Of a DNA stretch of 29,582 nucleotides, positions 11,232-21,170 are shown one piece after another; the stretch's first letter is position 1, and each line of letters opens with the position of its first letter. This stretch comes from Octopus sinensis. Its lineage: Eukaryota. The position numbers were made by a program, and so were the translations under genes. The DNA lies in assembly GCF_006345805.1 (NCBI RefSeq), contig NW_021832688.1, forward strand, positions 1 to 29,582, in the 5' to 3' direction. Under the pieces are notes generated by a model. That model was not told where the DNA came from and did no database searches. It was given only the letters and a program-made list of their open reading frames with translations.

Positions 11232-11398
11232 GAAAGATAATGACAATGGCCCAATGGACAAGGCAATTTGTTACAAATCATGAAGAGTACAAGAATGATT
11301 CTTTTGTCAGTGACAGAATCACATACGATTTTATTATGGAATGTGAAAAGATTGTCAACAATGAAGAAGGACTTCCACAACCATTTATCAAGTGTTAA
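11232..11398 (+). CDS. GCLC: GCLC terminal coding exon
   Basis: Polypyrimidine tract then tttatag|GA AAG ATA ATG. Translates (G)KIMTMAQWTRQFVTNHEEYKNDSFVSDRITYDFIMECEKIVNNEEGLPQPFIKC* (cf. GELMTVARWMREFIANHPDYKQDSVITDEMNYSL). Stop TAA at 11396-11398. Confidence 0.92.
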
Positions 11399-11444
11399 CA
11401 AAATTCTGACAACTTCATCTGTTACGAGCTACAATCAGCCTAAA

Positions 11445-12135
11445 CTACAAAACTGTGCCCCCCCCCCAACTTTGTCTCCTGATAACTTATAGAACAATGG
11501 ATATTCTTTTAACCACATTTTCAGCAAATACACTTCAGATGCTTTAGATTATCATTATATCAGAATTTGATGTGAAAAAAATTCTTTCTGAAGGTGAGGA
11601 GAGAAGTTTCGGAAAATTCACACAAGACAATATTCCTCATAACTTTCAGAAAAATGAGTATTGTTGAATGAAATTTTCTACAAATTTCCTTCCACATAGT
11701 GTAGATTACAATTTACTAATATATAAGAATTTAAGATGAAAAAGGTGGACTCGCATGCAATCATATTGACACACATTACACATCTACAAAATGAAACTTG
11801 AAATTTCTAACAAATATTGTGATGTATATTAGTATGTATGTGTACTTGCCCAGCAATTTTATTTTTCACATTAAATTTGATCTAAGCACAATCTACACCA
11901 TCTGAAATGTATTTGTATAAATTTTCATTAAAAACACCCATATTTCTGTAAGTTATGAGGAAGAAAAGCTGACTCATGTGAATTTTCCAAAACTTCTCAC
12001 CCTTGGAAAAAATAGTTTTTATAACAAAATCCAATCAAACAGCCTGAAGCATATTTGTTGAAAATTTCAATGACAAATATCGATTTTATTGGAAGCTATG
12101 AGGAAAGAAAGTTGGTGGTGGGCACAGTTTTGTAG
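11445..12135. mobile_element. MITE/foldback-like element with ~250-bp inverted arms
   Basis: CTACAAAACTGTGCCC (11445) pairs with GGGCACAGTTTTGTAG (12135). Internal matches such as GAAGTTTCGGAAAATTCACA / TGTGAATTTTCCAAAACTTC and TTCCTCATAACTT / AAGTTATGAGGAA continue for ~250 bp. No TSD was identified. Confidence 0.8.
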
Positions 12136-12189
12136 GTATGTCCTACACATAATATATAACCTACATAACTATAATATAACTTTTATCTT

Positions 12190-12370
12190 ACTTGTTTCAC
12201 TCCATTAGACTGTAGCCTTTTTGGAACAGCACCTTGAGGAATTTTTTCAAACTAATCAACGCCAGGACTTATTTTCTTTTTAAGGCACTTTTTGCCAAAC
12301 TATTAAGCTACGGGGATATAAACACCAACACTAGTTGTCAGGTGATGGTGGGGGGCACATACAGACACAC
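12190..12370 (-). mobile_element. SINE (family B, degenerate)
   Basis: CCAGGACTTATTTT...TTTGCCAAAC..TAAG.TACGGGGA.ATAAAC shared with the copies at 13845, 22595, 25676 and 27527. Confidence 0.7.
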
Positions 12371-12379
12371 ATATAGTTA

Positions 12380-12600
12380 TAAAAAAAAAAAGAAACGGAG
12401 GAAAAATGCAATAAGAAAAAACAACAATGCAATGACGTGGTACAGGCGAGGTTTTAACAAGGTTCTCAGAGAGGAAAGAGTGGTTGTTTTGCGTTTCGAG
12501 TAAAGCTCTTCTTGGGAAACAAGGGACGTAGGAAAGTCCAAAAGAAAAAGGCGGAAGAATACAAAAAAGAAATGGCCAACAATCAACGTGTAGGCTCCCA
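12380..12600 (-). mobile_element. Penelope-like terminal-repeat fragment with a decayed hammerhead-like fold
   Basis: Fold at 12484-12522 with a perfect 6-bp stem I and a GAAACG core. The flanking purine-rich context is similar in character to 9040-9300. Confidence 0.5.
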
Positions 12601-12679
12601 TTAGTTTCCATCTACTAAATTCACTCACAAGGCTTTGGTAAGCATTAGGATATAGTAGAGAACATTTTCCAAAGGTTTT

Positions 12680-12688
<9 letters not shown>

Positions 12689-12742
<54 letters not shown>
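12689..12742. repeat. (TA)n microsatellite
   Basis: Perfect TA run of ~27 units. Confidence 0.97.
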
Positions 12743-12744
<2 letters not shown>

Positions 12745-13344
12745 TGTAACTCAACGTTTGAAAACAGAAAAAATTACGTACCAAACAAATAATACTGGAG
12801 CTGATAACTAAAAACCTTTAACCCTATCAGTGTATTCTTCAGTTGTTTTGTTTCAAGTGATATTTATCAATTAATCTTTGTTGTAACTGTTACTGTTCCC
12901 GCCTTCCTCATTGTAGTATGTGCTATACAAAAAGATACAATTATATATATAAATCAAGAGATTAAGGAGTAAATGGTTGTGTTTATAATTTGCGCTCAAT
13001 ACCGTAATTTTGCTACAAAATTCCTTTGATCATATGTCTGTTTGGTTAAATTTTAGTTCACTAGGAAAGAATGTTATGAATTATAATATCCTATCAATAG
13101 TTTATTTCTACAATAGAGAATAATACATAAAAATATATAAATCATATTTTGTATAGGGTACGAAAATGCCTAATACGAAACAGCGCGTCTACAATTAAGA
13201 CAGCAATAGTTAGCTGATTACACAGCGAATAGTAATAAAGTTTGAATAAAGTTTAATAAAAAACAGTTTTAAATATTTTTGCTGATTTTATTCTCTATTA
13301 ATAGATTTTAATTCAGTTATTTCGTTTGATACGAATGCGAAAGT

Positions 13345-13536
13345 AATGTGACGTCGGAAACTGCTACCATTAATTAATCGAAGCGCCATGTTTAAATGAA
13401 AGACGAGGGAAAAATTCAACGGAAAAAGTTTTTTGTTTTAAAATTTAATTAACGGAGAAAAAGGTTGATTAATGGAAAAGAAGGTTAATTAACGGAGGAG
13501 AAGGTTGATTTCTTCAATCAATATACGAAGGTAAGT
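13345..13536 (+). promoter_or_regulatory. Candidate housekeeping-type promoter and non-coding first exon
   Basis: Local CpG enrichment, TGACGTCG (CRE-like, 13349), overlapping CGGAA (ETS-like), GCGCCATGTTT (YY1-like, 13383) and a consensus donor AAG|GTAAGT at 13530/13531. Confidence 0.45.
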
Positions 13537-13656
13537 TAATTACTTTTCGATTTATTTACTTTGACATGGAGAAAATTAGCCCGAGTGATATTTCTTAAGT
13601 ATATAAAAACGTTTATAGATGGAAACTGAAAGGATATTCCCTTCTTACCTCTCTTT

Positions 13657-13689
<33 letters not shown>

Positions 13690-13844
13690 CATACAGATAT
13701 ACGTGTTTATACCCACGCACGCATATATCCTATCTAAAACAAAAATTACAACAGAAATTACAACATGAAACGTATTTTATGAGGTTTAGGAGATATTTTC
13801 TGCTATCTCCCCAGTGAACAGGTTACAGACTTTTGTCGCTATTT

Positions 13845-13994
13845 ACTCTTTTACTCTCATTTAACTGTGGCCATGCTGAAGCACCACCTTCAGTCGAGCA
13901 TATCGACCCCAGGACTTATTCTTTGTAGGCCTAGTACTTATTCTAACAGTTTTTTTCGGTGAACCTCTAAGTTACGGGGACGTAAACAGACTAG
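13845..13994 (-). mobile_element. SINE (family B)
   Basis: TTTACTCTTTTACTCTC tail, then TGTGGCCATGCTG...GACCCCAGGACTTATTCTTTGTAGGCCTAGTACTTATTCT...AAGTTACGGGACGTAAAC. Confidence 0.8.
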
Positions 13995-15189
13995 CATTGT
14001 TTATGGTTAAGATTTCTTAATTAATATCAGTTTCTATATTAGTGTATGCATCTTTAGTGAAATGATGATGAACTCTCTTACAATATGACTATGTGAATTG
14101 CTGAAATTATGATATATTGTAAATTTCACGAATATTTGAATGACAGGAAAGCTATCCTGTTTCCTAACTTGCGCAGATTTATTTTTCCAAGACATTTTGA
14201 TTAATTGGTTATGTTTGTAAAACGGGGAATGCCTCAAATTTTAGAGGAAGTGGTTAATTGATTAAATTGATCTTATTACTTGACTTGCACTTTTTTTATC
14301 AGCCATGAAAGGAAGAGAAACAAAGTTAGCCTCAACAGGATTTGAAACTAGAACATAAAGAGCTGGTAGAAATTTTGGAAGGTATTTTGCCAACACTAAC
14401 AATTGTGCCTCTCCACCATCTTAAGTTTAATAGAATAAAATCTGTGAATGAATTTTTATGAATTTCTTGTGTAGTTTTAATGAAAGTTGGTCTCACATTG
14501 CTTGCATTTATATCTTTCCTGAGACATGTAAAAGTTTCCATTTGCATAATGTTTGCCTGTAATATAAATGGTTTACAGAAAGAATTGCTACTTGTCACTT
14601 CAAATAAAGAGTATTGAACCGATATAAAGCCAAAATTTTCCTTTCGCTACTATTAGGATGTTTTTCATTTTACTTTCAGGGTTAAAAAATGAACGATTAC
14701 ACTTATTGGTTTACATGCGAACTTTTGTTTATTTATATCCTTCCATATGTTGGATATGCAAATTTCACGAAGCGGGGATAGACACAACTGTCTTCACACA
14801 ACCCACTTCAGATTACTCTACTAAACACAATACTTCTAATAAATAGAAACTCTGAACAATGTCAACAACTTCCATGAACTCCCAATGACTCTCTTTGTCT
14901 CAACCAATATGCTAATTTTTTTATAAGAGTTTTGCTAGTCCATTCTTCCAATCCCATAGGGGTGCCAATGACTCTCACCACAACAGTTTATACATGTAGA
15001 CTTTTCTTTATACATGTAGATTTTACCAAGCAAGAAGCTTCACCTGTATGTAAGTACATAATTTTTTTGTTAAATTAAGTTTTCTGTTAGTTAACCATAG
15101 CTGTTTGTAAATTGAACAACTGTTTCTCTGTGTATATTGAACAATTTCCATAAGACATATATGTTTGCAAATGTAAAATATGTTTGTTT

Positions 15190-15305
15190 CCCAATACCAT
15201 GGTTTAGGGTCTAGTTCTACTGTGTGGTCATTTTGGGCAAGAGTCTTCGACTATAGGTAGGGACCAACAAATGCATTTTTAGTAAAAGTGGTTGATGGGA
15301 ACTAT
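15190..15305 (+). mobile_element. SINE (family A, degenerate)
   Basis: CCATGGTTTAGGGTCTAGTTCTACTGTGTGGTCATTTTGGGCAAGAGTCTTCGACTATAG aligns to the family A copies at 27020-29125. Confidence 0.6.
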
Positions 15306-15479
15306 ATGATGCTTATTGCATGTGTGTGTATACACCATATCAATTATGTGATGCATGTTATAGGTAACTGTTGACAAAAAGTGCAAAATACTCATTGAAA
15401 AATCAAAATAATTTAGAGTAATGTCAAGAAGGGATGTGGAATGGATAGTGAAAGGTCTGGCTTGGAAGGTGTCCCACAG

Positions 15480-16190
15480 TATTGCTGCCTGGGCCTATGT
15501 GTCATCTTGCTACTGCAAGAGAGTACAGACCATTGAATGTTTGTGAAATATTGGCATCTAAGATTATGAACTCTCTGGATTTACTGATTACCTTGATGTC
15601 AGTGAGATTGCCATTGTCAAACAAGAGATTTGTTATTTTAGTAAGTGTCTACCCTCCAACCATGTGTTCCTCTGAAGAGAAAAAAAGACTAATATTTTAT
15701 CTTTCATGAAAAAAGCTTCTGTGCAGTGTTCTTTCTGCTTATAAAATCTTCATAATTGGTGATTTCAATGGAAGCATTTGCAGGGATAAAAAATTTGGGA
15801 TATAATTGGGAAACATGAAGCCAGAAAATGCAATAGTAATGGCTTGTTTAGTACTGCAAGTGTGTTCGATTTTTGCATATACTGGGTAACTGTCAATCTC
15901 CTAGTGTGGAGCATGCTGTATTTGAGCACCAAATATGTGGGAGTATTTATGTGATCAAGATGAAAGGCAATTAGGTCTCTCATTAATTTCTGTTTGGTGA
16001 GTTGGCCCTGAGGAAAGATCTAGGCAACAAATTGAAATCAAGGCATGAAAGTCATTAGAGACACTTAGAGGATCTAGATCAAATTAGAGAAAGTGAAAAC
16101 ATCACTAAGTTTTTGATGGAAAAAATTGGTTCATGTTGGAATGAGTGAATTTGAATGAATGTCAATAAAATCTTAGTGTGCATGAAAAGC
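15480..16190 (+). mobile_element. RTE-clade LINE fragment (APE domain)
   Basis: MSVRLPLSNKRFVILVSVYPPTMCSSEEKK, IGDFNG and IIGKHEARKCNSNGL match RTE endonuclease motifs (SAYAPT, LGDFNA, GKHGxGxxNSNG). Confidence 0.8.
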
Positions 16191-16254
16191 TTGAGAGAGA
16201 TTTTTGAAAAGGTCTTAATGTTAATGTTTCCATTGTGTTTTGCTTCAAAAACTA

Positions 16255-17461
16255 CATAGACATGACAGAATTAAATAGACATCCTTATAATTGTTAAAAT
16301 TTATTTAAGTTATTTATTAATTATTATAATGTGAATATCTAATATTTAGTAGACAGGCTCCTTGCATTTTTGAATGCAAGGACCCTAGCAGGCATGCTAC
16401 TGATCTGATGAATATTTTCTTCATGATTTTCTTGCCAAGTTTCTTGCAGTAATATCAAAAGATCTGGCTTTAAGGATGCTTTCTTCTTCATTTTAGGAAG
16501 TATCCCATCCATCATGTCTCAGAGGTGTTCAGTAGGGTTCATATCTGGTGATTGGCTTAGCTATGGAAGCTTTTTAATGCCATTCTCTTCCAACCAATCC
16601 TGGGTCTTTTAGTTGTGCAAGAAAGCCCTATCTTCCATAAATAGTGTTATTTAATCATTTTACCCCTGGAGGTTATAGGAAGAAGATTTTTCTATAATAT
16701 GGACACATTTATCTGAGTTTATGTATCCCTCACATTCCACCATTTCTGATTGACTATTGCTCCAAACTGCTCTCCAGACCATCACATGTTTCATTGTTGG
16801 CTGCAATATATTCACGTGAAAATATTGGTGACTGATTCTCCAGACCCACATTCGACCATTGTCAGAAAATACAGCAAATCTGGATTCATCAGAGAATTTG
16901 ACAGTGTCCCAAAGTGCTAGTGACCTCTCTACCATCTCACTTGTCCAATCTTTTCTCCATTTGATATTGGCTGGTCGAAGCAGTGTCTTCTTTCTTGCTG
17001 CTCTGCCATAATAGCCAATTTTGCGGAGATAACTGACAGCTATTCTGGGACTGACATCAACTTATTCTGCTATATTGGAGGCCTCGCAATGAGGATTATC
17101 TTACACACTTCTCTTAAGAAAGCAAAGTGTTCTGTCAGAGGGCCTTAGTCTACCTGGGTAAGGTGATATGGACTACTTTCCCGTTTAGTGAATTGAAAAA
17201 TTACTCTATTTACTGTAGAAAGTGGAATCACAATGTTTTCTGTGGTTTTAGGCTAAGTCAGCCTTGAAATAGGCGCAGCATATGGCCTCTTTGTAAATTG
17301 GACATTTTTAAGGCTTCTTTTGTACATGGCATGATTAAACATTTACATATAGAACCTGAAACATATGTCAATTAATTAAAAAAAAATATAAACCTCTTCA
17401 AGTTATAATAACCATAAAACAATGTGTTAATGGGTATCTATTTACTTTTGTCATGTTTGTG
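16255..17461 (-). mobile_element. Tc1/mariner DNA transposon with TIRs and a degenerate transposase
   Basis: TA|CATAGACATGACAGAATTAAATAGACATCC on the left; the reverse complement of the right end is TA|CACAAACATGACAAAAGTAAATAGATACCC. That gives ~30-bp TIRs and a TA TSD. Transposase pieces: WDTVKFSDESRF, HVMVWRAV, QDWLEENGI and QSPDMNPTEHL. Confidence 0.92.
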
Positions 17462-18195
17462 TACAAATGTATCATTTGTTAGAACTGCACTTTGAAAGAA
17501 AAAGAAAACCTTTAGTAGAAAATTATCATTAGCTACGACAACGTTACCCAACTATTAACATCTTATATTTTTCAAACTCATGCTAGGATGGAAAAATGAA
17601 CGTAGGTATGAGACTTATTTTTACACATGTATTGATGCATATAAAACATGAAATTATGTTGTCTACATACTTAAATACTTGCAATTAATTCATTGTAAGA
17701 ACATAGAAATTTGACAGGTTTTCTTGAGTTGTTGCTCATCTACAATAATCTGATAAGTTTGAGGTTATTGTTGGTTGCATAAGATTGTCATTGAATTTTC
17801 TCTCGACAGAAATATCTAATCATTTTATCCATACTAGCATGGGTTGTGTGTGTCATGTTGATATCTGTTTCAGTTTAATTCCCTCTGCAATAGTTTCCTT
17901 TTTTTGTGTTTATGCAATATGGTACTTTCATAAAATACAGTTGTCTCTTGCCTTACACAGTATTGTTTCTTAGTTTCACTTTAGCACAATTTTGCTCATT
18001 TTCCTCTATTTCTTTCTTTTTGTTTTTGTTTTTACAAATATAGAAGTAGTAATTGCTTCAGTTTCTCATTATATTTTGTTAAATATTTTTGAATTTGAAA
18101 TATTAAAATTGATTTCACTGGAAATGAAAATTCAATGTATAAAATTAACTTTAAACTAGATGTTCAGCATAAAATGCAAAAGTTTTACAAAAAGA

Positions 18196-19047
18196 ATTGT
18201 CATCATCATTTAATGTCCATTATCTATGCTGGCTTGGGTTGGACAGTTTCATCAGAGCTGGTAAGCTGAGGGTCTGCAGCAGACTCCAGTCTGATTTGTC
18301 ATTGTTTCTATGGCTGGATGCCCTTCTTAACATCAAGCACTCCATGAGTGTTGTGGGCAGGGGTTGTGAAAAAAATTAATTGATGGGAAATTAATTACAA
18401 TATATTGTCTTCTAAGGCACAGCATGTCATGAAAGGTGTCGGTCATTAGTCATTGCCTTTATAAGTTTCAACAGTCAAAGATCATGCATTACCACCTTGT
18501 CCAATGCCTTCTTATGTCTGCTTCTTCTGCCATGTAGCATAGTTGTCTGCACAGGTATAATAAATCTGGCTTTCACTCTGAAGGAGAGACCCTTAGTTAC
18601 CAAACAGAGGAAGGAGCTCTCTGAATTTGCTCAGCCTATTTTTATTCTTGCAGCCACACTCATCCACCTCTGCTACTGACTTTGTTGCTCAACAATCTTT
18701 ATCGTACTCCTCTGGTATTTGATGAAGCCCATTTTCTGTACACTTTTATTGTTTACTGTACATGTGCACCTTCCACATACAAAAATATTTTCCCAGTTTA
18801 CCTTCCTCTGATATTGCTACACCTATTATGTGTTATACAGAGTACATCTACCTACCTATTTCCTTCATATTGAGGATGGCCATGTACCTGAAGGGCTTTA
18901 CGATTTATCAGTTTTCCTACTTACTAAGACTTTGGTTAGGGTTGGGTAGGTTAATTCTGTGACCTTTCAATTCTAGACCTTGCTTCCGTACGCACAATTT
19001 GTTCTCTAGTTCTGGTAGTGATTTAGCTATAAGAAGAAGCTCATTAG
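18196..19047 (-). mobile_element. RTE-clade LINE, 3' part (RT after YADD through to the 3' tail)
   Basis: LLLIAKSLPELENKLCVRKQGLE, TKVLVSRK, VAARIKIG and LVTKGLSFRVK. The 3' tail reads ...CCAACCCAAGCCAGCATAGATAATGGACATTAAATGATGATG. Confidence 0.85.
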
Positions 19048-20920
19048 TAAATAAGTGTGAAAACTCTTTGCTTTCACAAACACACTTATGTACACTGATT
19101 GAAGCAATGAAAAAAAAGGTCCTCGGTATACCTGAAACGTGAAGAAAATATTTGGATAATGAAACGAATAATGTATGGCTAATTGAATGTAATGTAATAA
19201 ATGATAATATATGAGTGTTCAGTTGTCATCCTCTATGCCCTCCCCAATTCCTTTGAGAGAAGCAAAGAAGACTAATAATATGTATTAAATGATTAACGAA
19301 AATAATAATTAGTGCAAGAGACCCTTAATCAATATTGACGGTGTGACGATCAAGGAGCAACGTGTCAGTTGTGCATCAGGCTTTTGTGTCAGTCTTTGCG
19401 AGTCTGGCAGAGCGACAAACAGGACAATTGCTGGATGGAGGATAAACTGCATCAGGCAAGGGTCACTTTTGGAAAGCAGGGGTTTCAAGGGGTATTGGGG
19501 TATGACCACTTGTGGTAAAGGTGGGGTAAGTTGGCGTCGCTCTGTGGGTAGGTGGTGAGATGCATTTCTGGTCATGGTAATTTTGGAGTTCGGAAGTGGG
19601 CATTGGTGTTGCAGCTGCATGAGGTGCTGTTAAAGTCGGTTGAGAAGGTAGTCTCATCACTGGTGTTGGCGTAGGGAACGCAGGTGGTCCAGACACCATG
19701 AGCAGTGGGGCGTGGGGAAGAAGCAGTAGATACTTCCAGAGGAATTTTGTTGTACAGTGTGACTTGGCCTGATCCATCCACTCTCAACATGTACGGATCA
19801 AAATGATGTACATCTAAATGGCACCAGTTTTCCCCCATTTGTAGGATTGGGTCAAACTTGGCTCTGGATTAGGACATAGTTCGAAAGAAGTGAGCATGTG
19901 TGTTTTGACAACCGTTCAGTAACACTCATGTTGTGTTTACGCAGGTCTTGTTTTCAATAAGTCATAGTTTCATGCCATGTGGAATGTAGCTTGTACTTGC
20001 CGGGATGGATGGGAATAAAGTATTGTATAGGGCTGCCAAAGAAACTGTCAGTGTTAAGGAAGTCATTGGTGTCAGTGTTGTCTGTAACGAGGCCCTTTAT
20101 TGTCTCAATACCGACTTTGGCGCGGCAGTTGTCATGGGGAAATGCAATGGCGGCGATTCTCCCCAATTGTGGAAGAAGGTACAATGTCAGCTCATAGCTG
20201 ATAGGGCAGTGTTATGTGCCTGTGCGCCATTCGATGCTCCTTTAAGATGGTTTTCCAGACCTGTTAGGACATACCACCATTGTCTGTCACCAAGTGATAG
20301 ATGTACCAATGGGTATAGGCTTGATAACTCCAAGAGGAACATTCCGGTTGAGACCTGCTTTTACTTCCTCTTGCCAATGAACCAGGACTGGTATGGGCGT
20401 ATGGTGGGCGACTGGTTTAGCATTAAGCGGATCGGTTGGTCAGACATCTTGGAGAATTGCCGATGGTTGCACACGTTGAATGTGCTGGAGCTGTACTATT
20501 GTAGCAGCAACTTCCTCAGGCGACAACGTTTTTCCTCAGTGGCTGGGAATGGTAGTGTAGTTGGAGGAGGGGGGTTGTATTTGTTGTAGGTGGCAGGTGC
20601 ATACATTCTGTGTCATTGTTGCAGATGATCGATGAGGCTTGTCAGTACTCTCTCCCATGGATTGTTTACAGGCCAACTCATGGCACAATCAGGTGCAGGA
20701 CAGGGTACGTTGGTCATACTGACTCGCTTTTTGTCATAAATAAGTCTGACAACTGTTTGCTTTCACCAATATTTTACGCAGTCTGAAGCAATGAATAAAG
20801 GGTCTTCAGTATATCTGAAATGTGAAGGGAAAGATGATGGATAATAAAAGGAATAATATATGGCGAATTGAATGTAATGTAATAAATTGTAATATATGTG
20901 TGTTTAGTTGTAATCCTGTA
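19048..20920 (-). mobile_element. Internally deleted Gypsy-type LTR retrotransposon with two ~185-bp LTRs
   Basis: Direct repeats 19048-19235 and 20737-20920; 5-bp TSD ATTAG/ATCAG; purine tract GGGGAGGG next to the 3' LTR. Pol remnants: LPFPATEEK, HHTPIPVLVHWQEEVKAGLNRNVPLGVIKPIPIG and KWGKTG..HHFDPYMLRVDGSGQVTL. Confidence 0.88.
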
Positions 20921-21170
20921 ATCAGCATAGAGGAGTTGCTAGGGTCTGTCTGTTTTATATTCATCTGTTATTACCTGAATGATTATGATACCAACAAAAG
21001 TCAAGTACATAGGTTTATACTTGGTTAGGTACTTCTCCTGGGGTTTCTTACCAGAAATATATCATGACTGGTGTTTCTTCCTGATACAAAACCAAATTGC
21101 ATCTCATCTAGATTAAGTCTTTTCCTAATTAGTTGGGCTATGATCCTCTCCGTGATTTTCATCATCTGAA
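20921..21170 (-). mobile_element. RTE-clade LINE, RT 5' part (continuation of 18196-19047)
   Basis: QMMKITERIIAQLIRKRLNLDEMQFGFVSGR and TDEYKTDRP*QLLYAD join LLLIAKSL across the Gypsy insertion. Confidence 0.85.

Noticed and set aside
14340-14391. Possible small exon cag|GATTTG...GAAG|gtatt (DLKLEHKELVEILE)
   Set aside because: Weak polypyrimidine tract, weak donor and no recognisable homology.
14332-14598. 88-aa minus-strand ORF, and ERYKCKQC in a neighbouring frame suggesting a C2H2 zinc finger
   Set aside because: There is no His pair, no TGEKP linker and no repeat periodicity, and a stop follows immediately.
20005-20589. Longest ORF in the track (194 aa, + strand)
   Set aside because: It is the antisense shadow of the Gypsy RT remnant on the minus strand and has no recognisable motifs of its own.
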